NCBI GenBank assembly: GCA_964592405.1
Contig: CAZQBY010000008.1
Location: 1 to 53,327 of the forward strand
Source: an uncultured archaeon
GTDB lineage: Archaea; Altiarchaeota; Altiarchaeia; JAFGQM01
Direction of reading: 5' to 3'
DNA length: 53,327 nt
In this document: positions 17,157 through 25,752 of the stretch, piece after piece
Numbering within the stretch: the stretch's first letter is position 1
Layout of the letters: every line of letters starts with the position of its first letter
The notes under the pieces: generated by a model
Seen by the model: the letters and a program-made list of their open reading frames with translations, nothing else
What the model was told of the DNA's origin: nothing
Database searches by the model: none
Made by a program: the position numbers and the translations under genes

Positions 17157-17968
17157 TTCCGATAGCCGTGTCTGGAGCCTGTGGCCGCATGGCCGGACAG
17201 GTCCTGAGAAGGGCCCTAGAAGACAAGGAAATTACAGTAGTTGCTGCCATAGATGCCCCAGATAACCCAAAGATAGGGATGGACGTAGGAGAGGTATTGG
17301 GAGTTGGACACATTGGTATCCAACTGGCCGGAGCGAATGCTCTGGGGGAGGAACTCCAGAGAAGCAACCCCCGGTTCCTAGTAGAGTTTACAAATCCAGA
17401 GGCAACTGTCAGAAATGCTGAAACAGCGGCAGCAAACAAAGTAGGTCTTGTCATTGGCACCACAGGGCTTAGTGAAGTCCAAACAGCCCGGATAAAGGAA
17501 GTGATTAGGGAGAACGGTGTTGTAGGCCTCATATCACCAAACTTCTCGATATGTGTAAACCTTCTCTTCAAAATGGCGGCAGAGGCTGCCAAGACTCTGA
17601 AGGGCTATGATATAGAGGTAGTCGAAGCCCATCATCGCTTCAAGAAGGATGCCCCTTCTGGGACGGCAAAGAAACTGGCGGGAGCTATTGCAGATGCTGT
17701 TGGCAGAAATCTAGATGATGTAGCCGTCTATGGCAGAAGGGGTATGACTGGGGAAAGAAAAGCAGGAGAGATAGGAATACATTCTGTGCGGGCCGGGGAC
17801 ATAGTTGGCGACCATACAATCATATTTGCTACACTGGGGGAGCGTATTGAGATAAAACACCAAGCCCACTCACGGGATGCTTTCGCCTATGGTTGCCTGC
17901 GGACAATTAAGTGGCTAGCAAAGCAGAAGCCGGGCATCTATGAAATGAAAGACGTCTTGGGACTTTAA
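17153..17968 (+). CDS. dapB: 4-hydroxy-tetrahydrodipicolinate reductase
   Basis: GACGRM, IGTTG, EAHHRFKKDAPSGTA, RAGDIVGDH. Confidence 0.97.
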   Translation: MIPIAVSGACGRMAGQVLRRALEDKEITVVAAIDAPDNPKIGMDVGEVLGVGHIGIQLAGANALGEELQRSNPRFLVEFTNPEATVRNAETAAANKVGLVIGTTGLSEVQTARIKEVIRENGVVGLISPNFSICVNLLFKMAAEAAKTLKGYDIEVVEAHHRFKKDAPSGTAKKLAGAIADAVGRNLDDVAVYGRRGMTGERKAGEIGIHSVRAGDIVGDHTIIFATLGERIEIKHQAHSRDAFAYGCLRTIKWLAKQKPGIYEMKDVLGL

Positions 17969-18033
17969 CAGATGGACGGTTTTTCTTATCTGCCCCTTTC
18001 CTTATTTATCTCATCAGCCTAAAATTACCCAAG

Positions 18034-19194
18034 ATGGATATATCATACTCTGACAATCTTCAGAGGATTCCACCATATGCCTTTGTGGAGATATCAAAGA
18101 AGAAGAAATCCATGCTAGCCAAGGGCATAGACCTGATAGATCTGGGTATCGGGGATCCGGACCTCCCCACCCCGAGAGGCATTTGTGAGGCTATGAAGAG
18201 GGCTGTTGATAATTCTGAGACCCATAGATATCCAATGGATGCCGGCAGGACAGATTTTCGCAGGGCTTGGGCCAAATGGTGCAGGAGGAGATTTGGGATA
18301 AGTCTTGAAATTGAGCAGATTCAGGTACTGGCGGGTTCAAAGGAAGGTCTTTGCAATATAGCCCGCGCATTTGTAAATCCCGGCGATAAGGTTCTTGTGC
18401 CGGATCCGGGATATCCCGGCTATGCAAACGGTGCAGCCAGACTGTCAGGTGGTGTACCCGTCCAGATGCCTCTTCTAGAGGAGAACAACTTCCTTATAGA
18501 CCTAGACGCGATAAACCACAGCGATGCCAAGGAGGCAAAACTAATGTACATAAACTATCCCAATAATCCGACCGGTGCCGTAGCAGATGAGGATTTCTAC
18601 GGTTATGTCGTGGATTTTGCGGAGGATAATGACATCATAGTGGTGAGTGATAATGCATACAGTGAGATAACATTTGATGGTTATAAGGCACAATCCTTTC
18701 TCCGGACAGGGGGAGCTGTTGACGTTGGTGTGGAGATGCACTCCTTTTCAAAGACTTATAATATGACCGGTTGGAGGCTTGGGGTGGCCTATGGGAATGA
18801 GGAGATAATCGCCGGCCTATCAAAGGTCAAGGAGAACATAGATTCAGGTGTTTTCGAGGCCATACAGATGGCGGGAATATATGCACTGGAAAACTATGAA
18901 AAGCCGCCTGCTCTTGATGAATATAATACGAGAATGGATACGCTCGTAGAGGCCTTCAATGATGCCGGTATTGCAGCGGAGAAGCCAAAGGGCACCTTTT
19001 ACCTCTGGGCTAGGGTTCCTGATGGAGAAACCTCATCAAGTTTTGTCAGCAGGGTGCTGGAAGAGGCGCATGTTGTCCTGACCCCGGGCACGGCCTTTGG
19101 TGAATATGGAGAGGGTTATTTTAGAGCCTCAATAACCTCATCCACTAGCAGGATTAGAGAGGCGGCAGAGCGTATAAAAAAGCTGAGATGGTAA
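18034..19194 (+). CDS. dapL: LL-diaminopimelate aminotransferase
   Basis: PLP class I aminotransferase (NYPNNPTG, DNAYSE, SFSKTYNMTGWR; GIGDPD, GSKEG) between dapB and dapF. Confidence 0.88.
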   Translation: MDISYSDNLQRIPPYAFVEISKKKKSMLAKGIDLIDLGIGDPDLPTPRGICEAMKRAVDNSETHRYPMDAGRTDFRRAWAKWCRRRFGISLEIEQIQVLAGSKEGLCNIARAFVNPGDKVLVPDPGYPGYANGAARLSGGVPVQMPLLEENNFLIDLDAINHSDAKEAKLMYINYPNNPTGAVADEDFYGYVVDFAEDNDIIVVSDNAYSEITFDGYKAQSFLRTGGAVDVGVEMHSFSKTYNMTGWRLGVAYGNEEIIAGLSKVKENIDSGVFEAIQMAGIYALENYEKPPALDEYNTRMDTLVEAFNDAGIAAEKPKGTFYLWARVPDGETSSSFVSRVLEEAHVVLTPGTAFGEYGEGYFRASITSSTSRIREAAERIKKLRW

Positions 19195-19195
19195 T

Positions 19196-20017
19196 ATGGC
19201 CAAATTAAAATTCACCAAAATGCACGGAACTGGGAATGACTTCATAGTCATAGATGCGCGCAGAAAACAGATAGCAAACCCGGGACAGCTTGCAAAGAGG
19301 CTTTGCCGGCGCCATTTCTCCATCGGGGCGGATGGACTGATACTAATAAAACCCTCCAAAAGGGCCGATTATAGGATGCGCATATTCAATCCAGATGGTT
19401 CCGAAGCAGAGATGTGCGGTAATGGCATAAGGTGCTTTGCCAAGTATTTATATGATAGAAAGATAACAAAGAAACACCTAATAGAAGTCGAAACCAAGGC
19501 AGGAGTTGTCAAACCGGAGATATCTGGAAACCGGATAAGAGTGGATATGGGTATGCCACTACTGACCAGATCAGATATTCCCATGCTCGGTAAGTCCGAA
19601 TCTGCAATAAACGAAACCCTCACACTAAAGGATTCCAAGGCCCGCATAACCGCAGTCTCAATGGGCAACCCCCATGCCGTCATTTTTGTCAATGATCTGA
19701 ATACCTATCCCGTAGAAAAGATCGGGCCGGAAGTGGAAAACCACCCTATATTCCCCAATCGCACAAATGTTGAGTTTGTGGAGGTTATCAACAAGGGAAA
19801 ACTGAAGGTTCGCGTCTGGGAGCGGGGGGTTGGCGAAACTCTTGCCTGTGGGACAGGGGCCTGCGCCTCACTGGTGGCTGCTGTTCTAAATCACAGGACT
19901 GAAAAAAGGGCCGAAGTACACCTTGCCGGCGGCATGCTCACTGTTGAATGGTCAAATAACAATATATTTCTGACTGGACCGGCAGAGGAGGTGTTCAACG
20001 GTGTTATAGAGCTCTAA
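19196..20017 (+). CDS. dapF: Diaminopimelate epimerase
   Basis: KMHGTGNDF, EMCGNGIRC, MGNPH, ERGVGETLACGTG. Confidence 0.97.
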   Translation: MAKLKFTKMHGTGNDFIVIDARRKQIANPGQLAKRLCRRHFSIGADGLILIKPSKRADYRMRIFNPDGSEAEMCGNGIRCFAKYLYDRKITKKHLIEVETKAGVVKPEISGNRIRVDMGMPLLTRSDIPMLGKSESAINETLTLKDSKARITAVSMGNPHAVIFVNDLNTYPVEKIGPEVENHPIFPNRTNVEFVEVINKGKLKVRVWERGVGETLACGTGACASLVAAVLNHRTEKRAEVHLAGGMLTVEWSNNNIFLTGPAEEVFNGVIEL

Positions 20018-20061
20018 GAACATGACACTAAGATGACAATAGGCTAAGGACCACATGTAAA

Positions 20062-21285
20062 ATGGAGGTAAAAGATAACAAACTTTATCTGGGCGGGCTG
20101 CCTGCAGAGAAACTAATTGAGAAGTTTGGTTCCCCCCTCTATGTTTATGAGGAGGAGGTTATTAGGAGCAAATATCGGCAGTTGTTCAACTCAATAAACT
20201 GGTCAAGGAAAAAGATACTCTATGCATGCAAAGCCAATACAAATATTGCAATAATCCGGATACTGAAAGATGAAGGCTGTGGAATAGATGCAGTTAGTCC
20301 GGGGGAGGTGTTTCTTGCCCTGAAGGCCGGTGTAGAAAAGGGAGAGATACTCTTTACTGGAAATAACATGACGGATGAGGATATGCACTTTGTAGCCGAT
20401 AAGGGGGTCCTCTTGAATATAGGAAGCATTTCACGTTTGGAGAAATATGGCAGGGAATACCCAAAAACAGATGTGTGCATTCGTATCAATCCAGATATAA
20501 AACCGGATGTACATCCACATCTGGCTACCGGAGGGCTGGACTCAAAGTTTGGTATATATCTGGGTCATATGGACAAAATCATGAATATAACAAAGAAACA
20601 CAGATTGAACATCGTTGGCATACATGCGCACATAGGGACAACCATAATGGATTTGGCCCCGTTCATGGAGACCATGGATACAGTCTTGGACGCCGCCAAG
20701 AGGTTTGATGGACTTGACTTCGTCGATTTCGGTGGTGGCATAGGGATCCCATACAGGCCGGAGCAGAAGCCTGTGGATCTGAAGGCTTTTGGCGCCATTG
20801 CAACAGAAAAGATGAAGGAGTTCTGTGATTCTTATGGCAGGGAGGTCGAGTTTAGGATAGAACCGGGCAGATTTCTGGTAGCACAGTCAGGTTTTCTGCT
20901 CTCCAGAATCAACACAATAAAGCAAAATCCAAAGAAGAGGTTTTTAGGTCTGGATACCAACATGGCTCACTTGGTGAGACCATGTATGTATGGGGCTTAT
21001 CATCACATAGTCAATGCGTCCAACATGCATGGAGAGCTGGAGAAGGTTGACGTTGTCGGCAACATCTGTGAAACCGGCGATTTCTTTGCGAAGGAACGCA
21101 TGGTCCAGCATGCGAGGGAGGGAGATGTTATTGCCATAATGGATGCCGGTGCTTACGGCTTCTCCATGTCATCCAACTATAACTCATTTCCACGGCCGGC
21201 CGAGGTTTTGGTGAACAATGGAAAGGCCAGAATCATACGTGAGCGCGAGAAGCTGGAAGATCTCTTAAGGAGTCAGAGATACTAA
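20062..21285 (+). CDS. lysA: Diaminopimelate decarboxylase
   Basis: YACKAN, SKFG, HAHIG, DFGGG, EPGR, GNICETGD, GAYG.SMSSNYN. Confidence 0.96.
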   Translation: MEVKDNKLYLGGLPAEKLIEKFGSPLYVYEEEVIRSKYRQLFNSINWSRKKILYACKANTNIAIIRILKDEGCGIDAVSPGEVFLALKAGVEKGEILFTGNNMTDEDMHFVADKGVLLNIGSISRLEKYGREYPKTDVCIRINPDIKPDVHPHLATGGLDSKFGIYLGHMDKIMNITKKHRLNIVGIHAHIGTTIMDLAPFMETMDTVLDAAKRFDGLDFVDFGGGIGIPYRPEQKPVDLKAFGAIATEKMKEFCDSYGREVEFRIEPGRFLVAQSGFLLSRINTIKQNPKKRFLGLDTNMAHLVRPCMYGAYHHIVNASNMHGELEKVDVVGNICETGDFFAKERMVQHAREGDVIAIMDAGAYGFSMSSNYNSFPRPAEVLVNNGKARIIREREKLEDLLRSQRY

Positions 21286-21358
21286 ACGGAGCGGCGGATC
21301 GTCAATTCACCGGCCCATAAGATTTTTATGTCCAAAACCTAATATTAAACCGCAATAT

Positions 21359-21388
21359 TTTACTATTATAAAATTTACTATTATAAAA
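21359..21388. repeat. Perfect tandem 15-mer TTTACTATTATAAAA x2 in the AT-rich region upstream of ino1
   Basis: Copies at 21359-21373 and 21374-21388, followed by further ATAAAA units. Confidence 0.85.
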
Positions 21389-21457
21389 TATAAAATAATA
21401 AAACATAAAATTAAATCCGTGGTTACCAAAACAGATTATTAGGCTTAAGTAAAAAAG

Positions 21458-22546
21458 ATGCCCAAAAAGATAAAAGTAGCCCTAATAGGCGTTGGAAATT
21501 GCGCATCATCCCTTGTTCAGGGGGTTGAATACTACAAGGATGTTGGTGCTACGGACGAGATTATACCTGGGCTAATGCATAATGTTATTGGTGGATACAG
21601 GCTCAGTGATATAGAATTTGTTGCAGCCTTTGATGTTGATAAGCGCAAGGTCGGGACAGATCTGAGTGAGGCCATCTTCTCTCCACCGAACTGCACAACG
21701 AAATTTAGTGATGTTCCCCATTGGGATGTTGAGGTTAAGAAAGGACCTGTCTTGGACGGTGTTGGTGAGACAGTAAGGGATACATTCCTGATTGACCCAA
21801 AGCAGAAGCCCGTTGATGTCCGAAAAGAACTTGAGGATAGCGGGGCGGAGGTATGTGTCTGCTATCTACCAGTCGGGTCTGAGGAGGGTGTCCGTTATTA
21901 TGCCCGCGAGTGCATGGAGGCCGGAGTGGCATTTATCAACGCCATACCGGTTTTCATCCAAGAAGAAACTGAACTGATAAGAAAATTTGAAAAGAAGGGA
22001 TTGCCAGTAATAGGCAGTGACATAAAGTCACAGGTTGGAGCCACCATAGTTCATCGGGTTCTGACACGGCTTTTTGTTGACAGGGGTCAGCCACTAGTGC
22101 ACACATATCAGCTCAATGTAGGCGGAAACACAGACTTTAGGAATATGCTTATGCGTTCTCGCCTGAAGAGCAAGAAGATATCAAAGACGAATGCAGTCCA
22201 GTCCCAGCTGCCACAAAGATTGCCAGATGAGGACATCTATGTAGGGCCTTCTGATTGGGTACCATGGCTAAAAGATAACAAGGTATGTTTCATAAGGATG
22301 GAAGGCAGACAGTTCGGCGATGTGCCCATGAGTCTTGAGCTCAGGCTCTCGGTTGAGGATTCCCCAAATTCAGCAGGTGTCATCGTTGATGCAATAAGAT
22401 GTGCCAAACTGGCTTTAGAGAGGGGGGTTGGTGGCATGCTGATATCACCTTCTGCATATTTCATGAAATCCCCACCAATCCAGTATCCGGATTCCCTTGC
22501 CAAACAAATGGTTGAGGAGTTTATTAGGGGCGAGAGGGAAAGATAG
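21458..22546 (+). CDS. ino1: myo-inositol-1-phosphate synthase
   Basis: [48 protein letters not shown]. Confidence 0.96.
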   Translation: MPKKIKVALIGVGNCASSLVQGVEYYKDVGATDEIIPGLMHNVIGGYRLSDIEFVAAFDVDKRKVGTDLSEAIFSPPNCTTKFSDVPHWDVEVKKGPVLDGVGETVRDTFLIDPKQKPVDVRKELEDSGAEVCVCYLPVGSEEGVRYYARECMEAGVAFINAIPVFIQEETELIRKFEKKGLPVIGSDIKSQVGATIVHRVLTRLFVDRGQPLVHTYQLNVGGNTDFRNMLMRSRLKSKKISKTNAVQSQLPQRLPDEDIYVGPSDWVPWLKDNKVCFIRMEGRQFGDVPMSLELRLSVEDSPNSAGVIVDAIRCAKLALERGVGGMLISPSAYFMKSPPIQYPDSLAKQMVEEFIRGERER

Positions 22547-22551
22547 CCAAG

Positions 22552-23172
22552 ATGCTCAAAGCAACAGGAGCAGGTGGAACAACAAGCGTCAAGATAGGGA
22601 TTGTCTTCTCCCGCATTGGTCTCAGCCCGAATACCTGGACACTATTATCACTGATACCAGCTGTCTTGGGATTTGTGGCACTTCTTTATAACCATCTGCT
22701 CCTTGGCACATTTCTTTTTATCCTCTCCGGACTTACAGATGCTATTGACGGTGCTGTTGCGCGTGTAACAGGTGCCGTAACCAATTTCGGAGCCTTCCTA
22801 GATGGGGTGATAGACAGATATGTGGAAATATTGATGTATATGGGTCTTCTAGTATTTCTGACCAATAATCCTGCCCCAGAACTTTTTATGCCACATTCCC
22901 ACTGGATTGCTCTCCTAATATTTGGGGCACTGATGCCGACTTACATACGCGCATATGCAGACCATCGGGGAGTTGTCACCGACCCAAAAGACCATCAGAG
23001 GATGGGAGGCATCCTTGAGAGGGCCGAGAGACTTGCTCTTATATTTGCCGGTATGGTGTTGGGGCATTTCAATCTGGCGTTTTTGGTATATGTTATAGCA
23101 GTTGTTGCTGTTCTAAGCAACATGACAGCTGTACAGAGGATACTTTTTGTCCTTAGGTTCATACACGTCTGA
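22552..23172 (+). CDS. CDP-alcohol phosphatidyltransferase, probable archaetidylinositol-phosphate synthase
   Basis: SPNTWT, DAIDGAVAR...FGAFLD...DR, YIRA, G.LERAER; directly downstream of ino1. Confidence 0.85.
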   Translation: MLKATGAGGTTSVKIGIVFSRIGLSPNTWTLLSLIPAVLGFVALLYNHLLLGTFLFILSGLTDAIDGAVARVTGAVTNFGAFLDGVIDRYVEILMYMGLLVFLTNNPAPELFMPHSHWIALLIFGALMPTYIRAYADHRGVVTDPKDHQRMGGILERAERLALIFAGMVLGHFNLAFLVYVIAVVAVLSNMTAVQRILFVLRFIHV

Positions 23173-24271
23173 TGGGATAGCCGGGCTCCTGTTTCTCCTT
23201 CTTTCGCGGAACGCTTCTGGAGATTGCCACCCATGCATAAATGCCCAGTATCAAGAACGGAATGATTATCATAATCAGACTTATGATTACCCGTGGTATC
23301 CCCATAATCTTGTCCCCCTCCCCATCACTCCTTGCTGCTTCAACAACCCCATCAGTCTTACCATCACCAGCTGCCCCCTCCAGTTTACCACTGCTCACAT
23401 TCTCTACCCCCCCAATAGTGGATGTTTCCTCTCCTTGGGGAGGGGCATTTGTATCAGTTTCATTCCCGGTGCTCCTGTTCCCATAACCATCTTCGCTTTC
23501 ATTTGATGTTGGACCTTCAATTCTTGGTCCAATATTTGGTTCGGGGGGGATAACAGGTCTGATCAGCGTAAATTCCACAGATGACAGATCAAAGGTTGCA
23601 TCATTTTCATCCTCAACCCTCATTTTCATCCTCTTTCCCCTACTTACATTGTTACATCTCACCATATACCTGCCAATCTTCCCAGCCTCAATATCCTGTA
23701 CATTGCCTTCGGTGATATCACAGCTCAGTCCAGGGCTCTGGTCGAGTATGTGTAGCTCCACACCAAAGAGCTTTACCTTCCCCGTATTCTTAACCAAGAC
23801 TTTTATGTCAAGAGATCCGCCCTCCTCAAAATCCACAAGTTTCATCTCTCTTCCAGGACCAACAATTTCCAATCCTAGTTCTGCTGGTGTTAGGAAGATG
23901 CCAACTCGGTCTCCCATCACCTCAAAATCTGGATTTTCACCGCTTGCTTCGAGCCAGATACGGGTCTTCTCCCAGACGAACCCGCTTATTCTGACCTTTA
24001 TTTTCCTGCTTTCACCAACACCAATATTTACGCTTTCAGAGGAACCGCTGACACCTTCGCCCACAACAGCCACCTCTACATTCTGAGCCTCCCCAAAGGA
24101 ACCGGCCAGATTCTTGACATTTACTGTTAGCCCGAGCTCCCCATCTGTTGTAAATTCCTCATTGCTCCCAATGTTGGTTATCTCCAAATTTATGTCTGCA
24201 GCAGTGGCCATCTGTAAAGCTAGTGTCATGATGAACAACACCAACCAAAACCTCATAATTGTTCTAACCAT
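23159..24271 (-). CDS. Secreted protein with C-terminal membrane anchor (Ig-like/CARDB-type domains plus low-complexity stalk)
   Basis: N-terminal signal peptide (..LALQMATA-A), two beta-rich repeats with 'V.VKN.', acidic G/S/T/E linker, C-terminal TM helix followed by a basic tail. Confidence 0.75.
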   Translation of the reverse strand: MVRTIMRFWLVLFIMTLALQMATAADINLEITNIGSNEEFTTDGELGLTVNVKNLAGSFGEAQNVEVAVVGEGVSGSSESVNIGVGESRKIKVRISGFVWEKTRIWLEASGENPDFEVMGDRVGIFLTPAELGLEIVGPGREMKLVDFEEGGSLDIKVLVKNTGKVKLFGVELHILDQSPGLSCDITEGNVQDIEAGKIGRYMVRCNNVSRGKRMKMRVEDENDATFDLSSVEFTLIRPVIPPEPNIGPRIEGPTSNESEDGYGNRSTGNETDTNAPPQGEETSTIGGVENVSSGKLEGAAGDGKTDGVVEAARSDGEGDKIMGIPRVIISLIMIIIPFLILGIYAWVAISRSVPRKKEKQEPGYPIRRV

Positions 24272-24293
24272 CTTGGTGTTCTAACCATCTTGG
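24260..24293. repeat. Perfect tandem 17-mer TGTTCTAACCATCTTGG x2 spanning the start codon of the surface protein
   Basis: Copies at 24260-24276 and 24277-24293. Confidence 0.9.
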
Positions 24294-24297
24294 AAAT

Positions 24298-25614
24298 TTA
24301 GATATAGCCTATTCCCATATCATCTCCATATTCATCTAACCTCTTCTGACCCTTCCGCTTGAAACTGGGGAAACCTACCAACTCATTTACAATTTCCTCA
24401 ATTTCTTCCTCCTCATTCTCCTCCGCTTCCTCTCTCACGGATTCGGCTTCATTTTCTTCAGACTCCTGGGCTTTCAGCTCATCCGGTGCTATCGGCTTTT
24501 GGGATCCTGTCTTCCTTTTGTCTGATAGTCCCATCAGAGCAGGACTTTTTATCCCCTCTTCATCTCTTATGTAATCTAGAAGCTGCATATTTGGGAGTTC
24601 TCCAAATTCGCCCTTTTGCATGCCGGCACTTTCAGATTCGGTCTCCCTGCCGGTTTCATCTTCTTGGCCCTTACCATCCCCTACCTCATCTGGTAGTTTG
24701 ACGCCCTGTACCAGCGGCAACTCGCTGACAGCCGGGATGAGAATGAAGTGCACTTCATCACCATCCAATGAACCACTTATCCATTTAATGATATCAGGAT
24801 TGAGTTTTTCCTGAATCAAACTATTGAGCTTCTTTATCCTCTCAATGCTGACCTCAGAGGGCGTTGACATGAGCACCAGAATCCGCCTCACATGTGGTAC
24901 TTCAGCATACTTACCTATTTCATCCATGGATTTTTCATATGCCTCTTGGAGATTTTTGCCTTCCCCCGATGTAACCAGAAAGAACAGCTCTCCATGGAAA
25001 AAGTGCATGAGTTCTTCCTTACTGAGGTTCATCCACCCCATACCAGAGATAGAAATCATGAAAAGCAGTATCAAATCCACAATAAGGGAGTTCACCCTCT
25101 TGAAGATAGTAAGCATAGGAACCTTTCCATCCCCCCTCTTCAGATTGTTGTCTATAATTATAACGCCATTTGCCTTGTTCTGCAATCTCACTACACTGGC
25201 ATCTACCTCATCTGCCCCCCTTTTACCCTTCAAAAGCGGATAGACTGTTAACACCAGCGTGAAAATACCTCTTTCGCTACAGAGCTCCGCTACAAATTCA
25301 CCTATAAATGACCCTGTTTTCCCTCCCAGACTCATTATAACCAGTGCGAGACCTGCCTCATCCAGTGATTCTTCTATCTGCGCAATTTCAGAATCCAGTG
25401 CCTTTTTTAGGTTATCAAAACTCTCGCATTTTGCTAGGGCATTACCAATTTCTATCTTGTGTATGTTTTCTCCCAGCCCATCCAGCTGGGTCTCCTCCCT
25501 GTCAATGGCTATCATTTCCGTGTTTTTTGGCACACTTCCGGATAGGTCTTTTAGGATTCTGCAGCCAACCCCACCTATTCCAAACACTAGGGCCTTCATA
25601 TCTTCAATCTCCAT
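24298..25614 (-). CDS. Divergent FtsZ/tubulin-superfamily protein with long acidic tail
   Basis: FGIGGVGCR (T1), SLGGKTGS (variant of GGGTG[ST]), IIIDNN, degenerate T7 loop GWMNLSKEE; long acidic C-terminal region. Confidence 0.82.
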   Translation of the reverse strand: MEIEDMKALVFGIGGVGCRILKDLSGSVPKNTEMIAIDREETQLDGLGENIHKIEIGNALAKCESFDNLKKALDSEIAQIEESLDEAGLALVIMSLGGKTGSFIGEFVAELCSERGIFTLVLTVYPLLKGKRGADEVDASVVRLQNKANGVIIIDNNLKRGDGKVPMLTIFKRVNSLIVDLILLFMISISGMGWMNLSKEELMHFFHGELFFLVTSGEGKNLQEAYEKSMDEIGKYAEVPHVRRILVLMSTPSEVSIERIKKLNSLIQEKLNPDIIKWISGSLDGDEVHFILIPAVSELPLVQGVKLPDEVGDGKGQEDETGRETESESAGMQKGEFGELPNMQLLDYIRDEEGIKSPALMGLSDKRKTGSQKPIAPDELKAQESEENEAESVREEAEENEEEEIEEIVNELVGFPSFKRKGQKRLDEYGDDMGIGYI

Positions 25615-25752
25615 ATTTCGGGTTCGTGTGAATCGACATTAATTTCATCCTTTGTCCAATAAAAAGATAGACGGAAGATAGCCGGAAACAAACAAATGGG
25701 TAGTTGGTCTCCTGATTCTGATTGATATGCAATATGGGTGCTGTTGCATCAG

